A DNA stretch of 55,246 bases, from the NCBI GenBank assembly GCA_043754535.1, contig JAYUUN010000023.1, positions 1-55,246 of the forward strand, in the 5' to 3' direction. This DNA comes from Chloroflexota bacterium (GTDB lineage Bacteria; Chloroflexota; Chloroflexia; QHBQ01). The notes under the pieces are model-generated. The model had not been told where the DNA came from and made no database searches. It saw only the letters and a list, made by a program, of their open reading frames with translations. Numbering within the stretch: the stretch's first letter is position 1; each line of letters begins with the position of its first letter. Both the position numbers and the translations under genes were made by a program. This document shows positions 42,523 through 52,118 of this stretch, piece after piece.

Positions 42523-43856
42523 TGCAACTGAAGGAACAGCCGAAGCAGGTGGAGACGGCAAAGCAGGAGCAGCGCAGTTGGTGGCAACAGTTGCTCGCTC
42601 GCGGGCGAAGGCTAGTCAGCGGCGAGCGACGGCTGCTCGGTGGCTCGGCGGTGCTACTGTTCAGCAACCTTGGTGGCTCGGCCCTCGGCTTCCTGGTCAG
42701 CATCAGCGTGGCCCGGCTGCTGGGCAGTGCCAGCTTCGGCCAGTACGCCTTCATCACCGCCGTGATCTTCACTGCTGATGGGGCGCTGGAGGCGGGGCTG
42801 GATAGCCTGCTAACCCGCGATGTGGCTGCCGACCCCAGCCGCAGCCGCCCATACTTGCGCCTGATCACGCGCATCAAGCTGCTGCTGGCCGCCCTGATCG
42901 CCCTCGGCTTCCTGCTTTACGCCCAGTTCGCCAACCTCGACCCCCAGTTGCGCGACCTCTTTCGCCTGGCGGCCCTACCCGCCCTGCCGATCATGCTCAA
43001 CAGCAGCTTCATCAACCTGTTCCGTGCCTGGCAGCAGATGAGCATCATCCTCGCCCTCAGCCTCGGCACTCTCACCCTGCAACTGCTGCTCTACCTCAGC
43101 GCAATCCTGCTCGGCGGTGGGGTCGGCCACCTGCTGGTTCTCTTTTTCGTGGCGCAGGGCTGCATGACCGTGGCGGCCTACTTCATCTACCGCCGCCTGG
43201 CCCCAGCAGAAGGGGCCGAGCCATTGCGGACGGGCGTATTGCTGCGCCGCACCCTACCCTTCGCAATCAGCGGGGGGCTACAGGTGCTGGGTGGCAGCGT
43301 TGACCTGTTCATGATCAACGCCTTCTTTTCGCCGCTAGAGGTGGGCTACTATGCCATCGCCATCCGCTTCTACAACGGTCTGCGCCAGCCCCCCAACGCC
43401 CTGTTTGGTGCGCTGTTCCCCAACCTGAGCGAGCGAGCCGCCCAAGCCGGGGCGCAACTCAACCGCACCTTCCGCCTGGGCCTGCGCCTGCTGGCCCTCT
43501 ACATCCTGGTCGCCGCCAGCTTCTTCGCCCTGATCGCCACGCCACTGATCTACTACACCTATGGCGACAGCTACGCGGCCTCGGCCCACATCCTGCGTGC
43601 GCTGGTCTGGGCCAACCTGCCGCTGCTGCTTAATGCCGCCTGCCTGTTCTACCTCTATGCCCGCAACGACGAACACTTCGCCACCCTGATCATCGCTGCG
43701 AATCTGGGGCTGCGCGTACTGCTGATCGCTATCTTGACCGCCAGTCGGGGGCCGCTGGGGGCCGCCGTCGGTCTCGGCCTCGCGGAGGCGGTCACCCTGC
43801 TACTCTACAGCTTCAGGGTCAAGGCTATCAGCCAGCAGCTACGGGAGGGCAGCTAG
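42522..43856 (+). CDS. Wzx/MOP-family oligosaccharide flippase
   Basis: About 12 TM segments, ARLLGSASFGQY, VDLFMI...VGYYAIA, LFPNLS; TGATG coupling to the methyltransferase. Confidence 0.88.
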   Translation: MQLKEQPKQVETAKQEQRSWWQQLLARGRRLVSGERRLLGGSAVLLFSNLGGSALGFLVSISVARLLGSASFGQYAFITAVIFTADGALEAGLDSLLTRDVAADPSRSRPYLRLITRIKLLLAALIALGFLLYAQFANLDPQLRDLFRLAALPALPIMLNSSFINLFRAWQQMSIILALSLGTLTLQLLLYLSAILLGGGVGHLLVLFFVAQGCMTVAAYFIYRRLAPAEGAEPLRTGVLLRRTLPFAISGGLQVLGGSVDLFMINAFFSPLEVGYYAIAIRFYNGLRQPPNALFGALFPNLSERAAQAGAQLNRTFRLGLRLLALYILVAASFFALIATPLIYYTYGDSYAASAHILRALVWANLPLLLNAACLFYLYARNDEHFATLIIAANLGLRVLLIAILTASRGPLGAAVGLGLAEAVTLLLYSFRVKAISQQLREGS

Positions 43857-43897
43857 GGCGGTATGCCAGCAGCGAAGCACTTTTGGCCGTCGGCCAC

Positions 43898-43926
43898 TTG
43901 TCAAACTCGCACAAATGTGCTATAAT
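43898..43926 (+). promoter_or_regulatory. SRAP promoter with palindromic operator
   Basis: TTGTCA-N17-TATAAT; GCAC-AAAT-GTGC palindrome at 43909-43920 abuts the -10. Confidence 0.6.
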
Positions 43927-43966
43927 TTCCGCAGCAACCATCAACCACGAGCAAGGGAGGCAAACC

Positions 43967-44659
43967 ATGTGTGGCCGATATACGTTGAAGATCACGGTGG
44001 ACAAGCTGGCTGAACGCTTCAAGTTGGCCCAGGAGGCGGTGACGAGCCTCGCTTTGCAGAGCGACTACAATGTAGCTCCTAGCGAGTCGCAGCCGGTGAT
44101 CGTGGTGGGCGAGCAGGGGAACGAGGCCGCCCTGATGCGCTGGGGGCTGATCCCCGGCTGGTCAAAGGATGGCAAGCCCAGCTACTCGACGATCAACGCC
44201 CGCGCCGAGGGTATCGCCGAGAAGCCCACCTACCGCAAGCCCTTTCGTAGCCGCCGCTGCCTGGTTCCCGCCGCTGGCTTCTACGAGTGGCAGGCAACAC
44301 CCGGCTCCAAGACCAAGCAGCCCTACTATTTCACCCTGAAGGAGATGGCTGAGAGCGACCTGTTTGCCTTCGCCGGGTTGTACGATGTTTGGTATGGGCC
44401 AGACAATCAGCCGCTCCACAGTTATACGATCATCACCACCACAGCCAACGAACTGGTGGCTGGGGTGCATAATCGAATGCCAGTAATCCTGCCCCGCGAC
44501 CTGGAGGCCACCTGGCTCGATCCGCGCTTGCAGGATGTGGATCGCCTGAGCGCATTGCTGCGCCCCTACCCCGCTGCCGAAATGACCGCCCATCCAGTCT
44601 CCCTAGCGGTCAACAGTCCAGCCAACAACGGCCCCCAGTTGATCGCCGCTGCTGGCTAG
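43967..44659 (+). CDS. SOS response-associated peptidase (SRAP/YedK/HMCES family)
   Basis: MCGRY N-terminus (Cys2), RWGLIP, INARAE, GFYEW, HNRMPVIL. Confidence 0.96.
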   Translation: MCGRYTLKITVDKLAERFKLAQEAVTSLALQSDYNVAPSESQPVIVVGEQGNEAALMRWGLIPGWSKDGKPSYSTINARAEGIAEKPTYRKPFRSRRCLVPAAGFYEWQATPGSKTKQPYYFTLKEMAESDLFAFAGLYDVWYGPDNQPLHSYTIITTTANELVAGVHNRMPVILPRDLEATWLDPRLQDVDRLSALLRPYPAAEMTAHPVSLAVNSPANNGPQLIAAAG

Positions 44660-44697
44660 TCAAGTGGAGAGGAGATCAGCCAGTAGTGTGGCCCAAC

Positions 44698-44732
44698 AAA
44701 ACGCCCCTCCCTTGTAGCAGGAGGGGCGTTCT
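44698..44732. terminator. Bidirectional intrinsic terminator
   Basis: AACGCCCCTCC/GGAGGGGCGTT stem with A/T flanks, between convergent genes. Confidence 0.8.
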
Positions 44733-44743
44733 GCTGGCTAGAA

Positions 44744-46084
44744 CTACTGGCCGTAGGTGATGCGGTAAACTACCCCGGCACGGTCGTCGGTCAGCAGCAA
44801 GCTGCCGTCGCTGGCGGTCAGTGGCGCGACGGGCCGCCCCCACTTGCCGCCCAGCCAGCCAGTGGCGAAGTCTATGGTTGGCTGCGGTGTGCCATCCTTG
44901 AAGGGGACGTAGACCAGCTTGTAGCCCGTCGGCTGGCTGCGGTTCCAGCTACCGTGGAAGCCGATGAACAGGCCGCCGCGATAGGCGGTCGGGAACTTGC
45001 TGGCGGTGTAGAAGTCGAGGCCAAGCGGTGCGCTGTGGGCCTGCATCTTCAAGTCAGGCAGTGCAACCTGCTGGCAGTAGCTAGCATCCTTGCGGCCAAA
45101 GTCGCGGTCGAACTGGCGGTCGCCATAGCAGTAGGGCCAGCCGAAGTCCTCGCCAGCCTGGGGCTGGGCTAGAATCTCTGGTGGCACATTATCGCCGATG
45201 CCGTCACGCCCGTTGACTACCGTCCAGAGGTTGTTGCTGCCAGGGGCAAAGGTGAGGCCAACGGCGTTGCGCAAGCCCTTAGCGTAGAGTTGCTTGTTGC
45301 CACCGTTCTCGTCGTAGACGGTGATCGCCGCCCGTTGCGCATCAGTCTCCTCACAGACGTTGCAGCTAGAGCCGACCGACAGGTAGAGGCGGTCGTCGGG
45401 GCCGAAAGCAATGGTGCGGGTGCTGTGGCCCGCGCCAGTCGGCACGCCACTGATGATCGTTTCTGGGTCGGCAGTCGCCTTCAAGTCACCCTCGCCGTAG
45501 CGATAGCGGATCACTCTGCCTTCTTCAGCGATGTAGAGGTAGCCCTTGTGGAAGGCAATACCATGCGGCTGATTGAGGTTGCTGGCATAAATCTTCACCT
45601 CATCGGCTATGCCGTCAGCGTTGCGGTCGGGCAGCACTGCCACCTGGCCGCCGAGGTTGGTCACAAACAGGTCGCCATTGGGGGCGTAGGCCATCAGGCG
45701 CGGCTTGTTGAGGCCAGCGGCAAATACGCTGATCTTGAAGCCAGCGGGCAGGTTGATGTTGCCACCTGGCTTGAAGCTAGACCAGCGGGCTGGCACCTGG
45801 ATCACGACGGGCCGCAAGGTGGTAGGTCGCAGAGCTACGTCGCTAGCCACACTGCTATCAACACCGGAGGGCTGATCGCTGGCCGCCACTTCGGGTGGGG
45901 CGGGAGTGGCGGCCACCTGGGTTGCCTGGATCAGCGGCAGGTTGCTATCGGTCTGCACTGTAGCTGTGCCGACCGCTGGCTTGATCGGCTGCGGCTGGCT
46001 GGCAGGGCTACTGCTGCCGCTGTCGCAGCCAACCAGCAGCAAGGCCACCGCTAGCGTAATGAGGAGGAAAGGGCGGGTTCTCAT
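44744..46084 (-). CDS. Lipoprotein, PQQ-dependent sugar/sorbosone dehydrogenase family
   Basis: LLVGC lipobox; LYLSVGSSCNVCEE, GLRNAVG, FGWPYCY, HSAPLG, HGSWNR. Confidence 0.9.
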   Translation of the reverse strand: MRTRPFLLITLAVALLLVGCDSGSSSPASQPQPIKPAVGTATVQTDSNLPLIQATQVAATPAPPEVAASDQPSGVDSSVASDVALRPTTLRPVVIQVPARWSSFKPGGNINLPAGFKISVFAAGLNKPRLMAYAPNGDLFVTNLGGQVAVLPDRNADGIADEVKIYASNLNQPHGIAFHKGYLYIAEEGRVIRYRYGEGDLKATADPETIISGVPTGAGHSTRTIAFGPDDRLYLSVGSSCNVCEETDAQRAAITVYDENGGNKQLYAKGLRNAVGLTFAPGSNNLWTVVNGRDGIGDNVPPEILAQPQAGEDFGWPYCYGDRQFDRDFGRKDASYCQQVALPDLKMQAHSAPLGLDFYTASKFPTAYRGGLFIGFHGSWNRSQPTGYKLVYVPFKDGTPQPTIDFATGWLGGKWGRPVAPLTASDGSLLLTDDRAGVVYRITYGQ

Positions 46085-46224
46085 CTCTAATTTTCCCTGT
46101 CTAGTTTGTACATGAGGTGTCGGGTCAGCCATCTATCCGGGTGGGGCAAGATTTGTGCCTGTACCCACCAAGTATACGCTACGCAGATGAGAGGTGGATT
46201 AAAGCGATGTGCTATAATCGGGGC

Positions 46225-47052
46225 ATGATCGTCGACCTGCTGCTAGCCGCTTTCGCCTGCCTCGGCTTCTTCAGCCTACGCGCCCCTCTACCGCTGGAGG
46301 GGGAGAGCGCGGCGTATGCGCGGGTGGGCTTCGCGATGCTAGAGTTGCTAGTTGTCTTCGCAACGCTGGTTCGGGCCAGCCGCCGCTTGCAGATCACCGT
46401 CTTCGAGCGGGCCTATCAGCGCAACCGTGACAACCGCCGGGCCAACCGCGCCTATTTCACCCTGATGCGCCTGGGGGTGATCGTCCACGAACTGGCCCAC
46501 GCCCTGTTCGCTACCCTACTGGGCGGGCGCGTCACCGATTTCTCGGTCTTTAGCGACTACAGGACGGGCGGGCGGGGCAGCCGACGCGGAACAGCCAGCG
46601 ACCAACCTCTCGGCCATGTGATCTTTGAGTTGCCAGTCGGCCCCAGCTTCCGCCTGCGCCGCAGCCTGACCGGGGTCGCCCCCCTGCCCGTCGGCCTGGC
46701 CGTAATTGCAGGGCTACTCTGGCTGGGCGGGCTGAACTACGGGCTGCTGCAAGGCGACCCGCTGGCGGCGATCCCCTGGGCCGACTGGCGGTGGTACGCG
46801 GTGCTGCTGGTGATCATCCCCATCGCCAACATGATGCTGCCCAGCAGTGAGGATTTGGCGGGCTGGCCGCTCTCAGCCCTGTTCGTCGCCGGGCTACTCG
46901 CCCTGGTTGCCCTGCTCGCGCCCGCTTTTCGGCTCGATCTCAGCCCCTTGCTACTCGGCCTGCCAACGGCGGTCGGCCTCCTCAGCCTGGTGCTTGCTAT
47001 TCCCATTGCCAGCAACCTGATTTTCTCGCTGCTGCTACGCCTGCTACTTTGA
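46225..47052 (+). CDS. Membrane zinc metallopeptidase, M50-like
   Basis: VIVHELAH (HExxH) in a hydrophobic context, multiple TMs, MLPSSED motif. ATG 46225 directly follows a -10 element. Confidence 0.78.
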   Translation: MIVDLLLAAFACLGFFSLRAPLPLEGESAAYARVGFAMLELLVVFATLVRASRRLQITVFERAYQRNRDNRRANRAYFTLMRLGVIVHELAHALFATLLGGRVTDFSVFSDYRTGGRGSRRGTASDQPLGHVIFELPVGPSFRLRRSLTGVAPLPVGLAVIAGLLWLGGLNYGLLQGDPLAAIPWADWRWYAVLLVIIPIANMMLPSSEDLAGWPLSALFVAGLLALVALLAPAFRLDLSPLLLGLPTAVGLLSLVLAIPIASNLIFSLLLRLLL

Positions 47053-47746
47053 AGCACAAAGAAACCCCTCCCCCGCTAGCGAGGGAGAGGTTGGGGCTAG
47101 TTGTGTAGTTGGCTAACGGGGTGGCGGTAGCGGCAGGGGTGACAGCCGGGGTGCTGTCTTGACCAGCCCCCGTGCTACTGCCACAGTTGACGGTACTCTG
47201 CCAGGATGCGTCAGCCTGCGGCGGCCAGTTGTGGCTCTCGCCATTAACCTTGTCCACAATGCCCTTGATCAGCCAGCCGCCGTCCTGATTGACCAGGCTG
47301 AAGATTTGGTTGTCGCGGCCAAATACGGTGGAGACGTTGACGGTCATCGTCGCCTGGTCACCGGTGATCGTCGGGTCGGGCAAGTCAATCGTATTGTAGA
47401 CCCCAGTTACCGCCTTGATGTCCAGCATCAAGGCAATGAACCGATCCTCGTCGCAGGCATTGCTACTAGGTAGCATCAGAGTGTACATCTTCTCGTAGCG
47501 CGCCCGCGAACCAACCAGGGTGTTAGTGTCATTAAAGGTGGCGTAGAAGGTCTTGATTGCTGTCTTAGGGTCAGGCTGTGGTGGGAAGCCCGGCACTGCC
47601 GTCGGCTGAATGGTTGGGGCAGACGTGCTGTAGCCGGTCACAGGCTCGTTGGTGCCCACCTGGGTACCCCGGCAACCGACAGCCAGGAACGAGGTCGCCA
47701 GCAGACAGACGGCCAGGAACGAGAGGGAAAGCGTCTTCTTGTACAT
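46997..47746 (-). CDS. Hypothetical lipoprotein (possibly NTF2-like)
   Basis: LAVGC lipobox, ITGDQATMTV...LVNQDGGWLI pattern; AAGGAG RBS. Confidence 0.72.
   Translation of the reverse strand: MYKKTLSLSFLAVCLLATSFLAVGCRGTQVGTNEPVTGYSTSAPTIQPTAVPGFPPQPDPKTAIKTFYATFNDTNTLVGSRARYEKMYTLMLPSSNACDEDRFIALMLDIKAVTGVYNTIDLPDPTITGDQATMTVNVSTVFGRDNQIFSLVNQDGGWLIKGIVDKVNGESHNWPPQADASWQSTVNCGSSTGAGQDSTPAVTPAATATPLANYTTSPNLSLASGGGVSLCFKVAGVAAARKSGCWQWE
47065..47096 (+). repeat. REP-like palindrome
   Basis: CCCCTCCCCCGC-TA-GCGAGGGAGAGG followed by TTGGGG; related to palindromes at about 3771-3797 and 15815-15850. Confidence 0.55.
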
Positions 47747-47796
47747 CGAAAGGGTAGCTCCTTTGCTAGTAGATCGTGGCAACCAACCGCGGCTGG

Positions 47797-49503
47797 CTAA
47801 AAGTACTTGCTGATCTGGTCATAAATCTGGCGAATGTCGGTGCTGCCACCACGCACCAGGATAGTACGGGTCAGGTCTGCCATCCGCTGGAGGGCATTAA
47901 CGTCCACCTCACCGCTGGCACCGTAGGCGATGGGGAAGACGCGCACCCCCAGGTCGTTGTTGTTCGAGAGTAGGGTGGCTAGGCTACTCTGGTTGAAGCG
48001 GATGCTATTGGTGTCCTCACCGTCGGTCAAGACAACCACCGCGTTGATGCGGCTGCTGTCCCCCTTCTTCTGCAACAGGGTGACTGCATCGCCAACCGCG
48101 TCGTAGAGGGCGGTGCCGCCCTGCTGGAACGAGCGAGCGTTGATGATCGCCGTGATCTTGTCCTTCGTCGTGCTGAACTTGTCAAGCGGCACCAGGTAGT
48201 CTACGTTGTCAGCGAAGGTGATGAAGCCAACGTTGTCCTCGGCCCGCGTCTGATCGAGGAAGACCTTCAGCCCCTCAAGCGCGTTGTAGAACTTGCTGCC
48301 AGTGTCGGTGGGCGAACCCATCGAGCCACTAATGTCCAGCACCAGAACCACATTCGCCTGCTTGCGGTAGTCCTTCCAGGCGTTCTTCACCTTGATCAGC
48401 ACTTGCGGGCTGGGTACGTCGAGGACGGACTTGGGCTGGGTCGCGTCCACGCCCACGTTCTGGTTGAAGGCGGCGGCGAACTCGGCCTTCACATCTGGGT
48501 TGGCTGGGCGGAAGCCAAGCTGGACGGCGGCTCGCTGGCTGTCGGCTTGCAAGAGGTATTGCTTGAAGATTTCGGCGGCGGCTTTCGCATCCGGGGGGGT
48601 AGCAAGCGGCACGATGAAGGGATTATCGTGGTAGAAGGTACCCTCCTTCGGGTAGATCGCCACCAGCGGGGTCTTGAGCGTCCCCTTCTTGTTCAACTCA
48701 ATGACAGTCACTTCTTCAAAGGCGACGGCTGAGATGTAGTCCATCCCGCCCTTCTCCACATTCTCCTTGAAGATAGTGGTCGTCTTGCTGTAGTGAACGA
48801 TGCTGTTTTCGATGCTTTCGATGAAGGTCTTAACCTTCGGGTCGTTGACATCAGCCTCGTTCAGGTCGCGCACCTTGCCCACCGCTGCGTAGAACTCGGC
48901 GGTGACGGCAGAGAGGCCGGTGGAGCTAACGTCGGGATTGGTGTGAGCATACTTGAACTTACCCCACTCTGGGTGACCCTTCGCCCCCCAACCAGTGCTG
49001 CTGTTGTTCAGTTCGATAATATCCGAGAGGCCAATCGGCTTGTCAGGCCAGCCAAGAGCCTGGGCCATCGGCTTCCACATCGCCATCACTACCGGGGTGA
49101 GTAGCAACGGGTCGGAGCGATCCAGCACCGTGCGGTCAGCCTCCTGGTTGACGACCGCGATCCAGAGTGAGGTGGAAGGTGACCAGACGGTGGGCAGGTT
49201 CTGGCCCTGGGCGATCTGGTCAGCGATAGTCCCGCTGTCGCCCACGCTGGCGGTGACGAAGATCGGTTTGCCATTAGCAGCCTTTACCTGCTTGCGGTTG
49301 AACTCAACTACTAGTGGCTCAAGCCAGGGCTTCTTCTCCGAACTGTAGCTCATAGTAACTTCGATAGCATTGTTTGGCTTGCTGACGACTGCCGTCGCCG
49401 AGCCGGGGTTGCTGCTACTGCCCTCGCAGCCAGCCAGCAACATGGCAAGCAGCACCAGGCTCAGGCAGTATGGCAATAGGCGTGCTTCTCTTGTCCGCTT
49501 CAC
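47797..49503 (-). CDS. Lipoprotein: solute-binding domain plus C-terminal VWA domain
   Basis: LLAGC lipobox, SSEKK, SSTGL; VWA MIDAS DISGSM, TALYDA, LTDGED. GTG start after AGAAAGGA. Confidence 0.9.
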   Translation of the reverse strand: MKRTREARLLPYCLSLVLLAMLLAGCEGSSSNPGSATAVVSKPNNAIEVTMSYSSEKKPWLEPLVVEFNRKQVKAANGKPIFVTASVGDSGTIADQIAQGQNLPTVWSPSTSLWIAVVNQEADRTVLDRSDPLLLTPVVMAMWKPMAQALGWPDKPIGLSDIIELNNSSTGWGAKGHPEWGKFKYAHTNPDVSSTGLSAVTAEFYAAVGKVRDLNEADVNDPKVKTFIESIENSIVHYSKTTTIFKENVEKGGMDYISAVAFEEVTVIELNKKGTLKTPLVAIYPKEGTFYHDNPFIVPLATPPDAKAAAEIFKQYLLQADSQRAAVQLGFRPANPDVKAEFAAAFNQNVGVDATQPKSVLDVPSPQVLIKVKNAWKDYRKQANVVLVLDISGSMGSPTDTGSKFYNALEGLKVFLDQTRAEDNVGFITFADNVDYLVPLDKFSTTKDKITAIINARSFQQGGTALYDAVGDAVTLLQKKGDSSRINAVVVLTDGEDTNSIRFNQSSLATLLSNNNDLGVRVFPIAYGASGEVDVNALQRMADLTRTILVRGGSTDIRQIYDQISKYF

Positions 49504-49570
49504 GCAACGTCCCTTTCTACACCTGTGAGCAAGGCCGCACCTACGGCCCAGCCCCCAGCGATTGGCTAGA

Positions 49571-49599
49571 ATTATAGGGGTAAGCTGCCAGCTTGTCAA
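49571..49599 (-). promoter_or_regulatory. Promoter of VWA-lipoprotein operon
   Basis: Exact TTGACA-N17-TATAAT on the minus strand. Confidence 0.8.
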
Positions 49600-49896
49600 A
49601 CAACAGGTAGCCCCTACCTCCTCTATACGCAGCAGGGTGGGCAGACGTTACTATCATATACCGCAATTGGCGGCTGGCAGTTCAGATGCGCGGCGGCCTG
49701 CTGCACTGGGGTTGGCGCAGCTATTGCTATGCTGCTTTGCCTGCGGTGGCCGCTTGAGCCAGGTTCACTGGCTGCTCTACAAGGGGGCAAACCGCCAACT
49801 CGTGCGCCAGACCACTTGCGCAGAGGCGAATATGGGTATATAATAGGGACGACTTACCATGTTATGTCTAGTCTCTCACGCTGAAGGGGGCTGCTA

Positions 49897-50859
49897 ATGA
49901 GCAGAGACCGCAACCGCAACGACGACTTCGACTTCAACAACGAACAGGCCGACGAGCGGGAGAACTTCTTCGACCTCGAAGAACCGGCTGACGAGTTCAC
50001 GGCTGCACCCGCCCAGACCGCCGATGACCGCCAGCCCAACGCCCGTGACCGCATCCAGCAGATGCGCCGCGAGCAATCCAGCGACGTACAGGATCGACGG
50101 CGGCAGCAACGCACCCTCTACGGCATCGTCGCTGCCGTGCTGGTTGTTGTGGTCGTGGGCAGTATCATCTTCCTGCTGCTGCCGAAGGGTAGCGGCGGCA
50201 CGCAGCCGGGCGGTGGGGTCGCTAGTGGCAGCCCTCGGCCACTCAGGACTGGCACTGCCCCAGCTATCGGGGCGGTCAAGACCATGCAGGTGGTGGGCGG
50301 CGAACCGACTGCCACGCCAAATGCGGAGCAGGCGATAGAGCTAACCCCCCCTGGTCAGATAGCTACGGTAGCGGGCGAGGTGGCTACTGCTGTCCCTGGC
50401 AACGCCCCAGAGCCGACCCCGGTTGACCTCGGCCAGCCCCGCCCGCCCGCTAACAGCCCAGCGGTGCAACCGGCGATCACCGTTGCTGCCACTCAGCCGC
50501 CCGCCCCACCATCAGCAGGCGATAGCGGTGACAATGTGCGCCAAACAACAGCCCAGGCGGGTGACATCCTGACCACTATCGCTCAGCGCGAGGGGGTCAG
50601 CGTGGCCCAGCTAATGGCCGCCAACAACGAGGCGATCCGCCACCCACAAGACCTGCAAGCGGGCCAGAAACTCAAGGTGCCAGGTAAGAACTATGCGCCA
50701 GCCAGCCTGACCTGGAACGTGCGTGGGGGCGACAACCTGACCCGCATCAGCAACCAACTTGGGGTGACTGTCGAGCGGATCAGCAGCAGCAACGCCGACC
50801 GTATTGGCCCCGACAGCACCATCTACCCTGGCACTGACCTGATCATCCCTCTGAAGTGA
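49897..50859 (+). CDS. Membrane-anchored protein with two LysM domains
   Basis: Acidic N-terminus, TM, Pro-rich linker, then AGDILTTIAQREGVSVAQLMAAN and VRGGDNLTRISNQLGVT LysM repeats. Confidence 0.9.
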   Translation: MSRDRNRNDDFDFNNEQADERENFFDLEEPADEFTAAPAQTADDRQPNARDRIQQMRREQSSDVQDRRRQQRTLYGIVAAVLVVVVVGSIIFLLLPKGSGGTQPGGGVASGSPRPLRTGTAPAIGAVKTMQVVGGEPTATPNAEQAIELTPPGQIATVAGEVATAVPGNAPEPTPVDLGQPRPPANSPAVQPAITVAATQPPAPPSAGDSGDNVRQTTAQAGDILTTIAQREGVSVAQLMAANNEAIRHPQDLQAGQKLKVPGKNYAPASLTWNVRGGDNLTRISNQLGVTVERISSSNADRIGPDSTIYPGTDLIIPLK

Positions 50860-50882
50860 AGTAGCCGCAGCGGGCGGGTGGC

Positions 50883-52061
50883 TCACACCCTCCTACGCCG
50901 TGGCTGGTAGTCATCCTCCATGTTGTCGTTGTTGCTATCGTGTTCGCCAGCAGCAAGGGTCTGCTCAACATCAGTCACAAAGTCCTTGTGCCTGGCTTCC
51001 TGCTCCTTGCCACCGGTCACTTCGGCCCAGCCGATGCCAGCACGGGAGAGGAACAGCAGGCCGACGATAGTGACTGGCAACCAGAGGGTGAGGCGGAAGA
51101 TGATGGCGAAGGTGGCCGCTGCCGTCTTCTCGATGCTAAACACGCTAGCCAGCACCAGGTTGATCGCTGCGTCGAAGGGGCCGAGGCCACCGGCAGTGCT
51201 GGGGATGATCAGCACCAGGTTTGAGACGGCGGTCATCAAGATGAAGACGTAGAAGGGCGGCTGCGTGCCATTAGGCAGGCGCAAGTCCATCCCTTGTGCA
51301 ATCAGATAGCCCATCAGCACCTCGAACAACCAGAGGATGATCGATATGATCATGGCGGTGCCAGCCACGCGGGGGCTACGCAGGGCGGAGAGGCCGTTGA
51401 GGAAGCTACGCGCTTTGTCGCCCACCTTCTGGCGCAAGCCGCCGATGGGTAGCAGGTTGAGGCCGATGATCAGCAACCTATCGGCCAGGCGTGGCGAACC
51501 AGCGACCACGATGAAGCCGACCAGCAGGCTGACGAAGATGATGCCACCGACGATCAGGTAGCTGCTCAACATCCCCAGGCTGACGAACATGGCCGCGACG
51601 ACGAGGAACAGCAGCATGGTAATGCCGTCGAAGATGCGCTCGATCACGATGGTCGCCAGGGCCGCCGTGCCTGCCACCCCCTCTGCCCGCTTGAGGGCCA
51701 GCACGCGCACCAGTTCGCCTGTCCGCAGCGGGAGGATGTTGTTGGCCGCATAGCCGATGGTGATCGGGCCAAAGAGGCGGTTTGCGCTGGCGTGGGCCTG
51801 AGCCGCTGCTGGCAGCATCGGGCCAAGCAGGAAGTGCCAGCGCAGGGCGCGCAACCAGACCCCCACGAAGTAGGAGACCAGGGCGGGGAGCAGCCATAGG
51901 TAGTTGACGTGCTGCAAAGCCTCGCCGATCTTGTCCCACTTCTGGTTGCCGAAGGTCAGGTAGAGCAGGATCGCGCTGACCGCCACCCCAATCCAGACAC
52001 GGTAGCGCAGCAGTAGCCCGCGTGGGCCACCGGACTTCGGCTTCTCCTCAACAGTTTGCAC
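50883..52061 (-). CDS. Lysylphosphatidylglycerol synthase TM-domain (UPF0104 flippase-like) protein
   Basis: RALRW, NNILPLRTGE, IERIFDG, PSTAGGLG motifs. Start uncertain (52061, 52070 or 52115). Confidence 0.85.
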   Translation of the reverse strand: MQTVEEKPKSGGPRGLLLRYRVWIGVAVSAILLYLTFGNQKWDKIGEALQHVNYLWLLPALVSYFVGVWLRALRWHFLLGPMLPAAAQAHASANRLFGPITIGYAANNILPLRTGELVRVLALKRAEGVAGTAALATIVIERIFDGITMLLFLVVAAMFVSLGMLSSYLIVGGIIFVSLLVGFIVVAGSPRLADRLLIIGLNLLPIGGLRQKVGDKARSFLNGLSALRSPRVAGTAMIISIILWLFEVLMGYLIAQGMDLRLPNGTQPPFYVFILMTAVSNLVLIIPSTAGGLGPFDAAINLVLASVFSIEKTAAATFAIIFRLTLWLPVTIVGLLFLSRAGIGWAEVTGGKEQEARHKDFVTDVEQTLAAGEHDSNNDNMEDDYQPRRRRV

Positions 52062-52118
52062 CTTTGCCAACTCTCCTGCTCCCTTCCGGGTGGCTGATAA
52101 CCGCCCGCTCGCCACTCG

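Noticed and set aside
49600..49896. Long spacer between the VWA and LysM genes as an ncRNA or riboswitch
   Set aside because: No recognisable riboswitch motif or convincing stem set; consistent with divergent promoter DNA.
49897..50859. LysM membrane protein as a YneA-like SOS inhibitor
   Set aside because: No GAAC-N4-GTTC box found upstream, and the protein is much larger than YneA.
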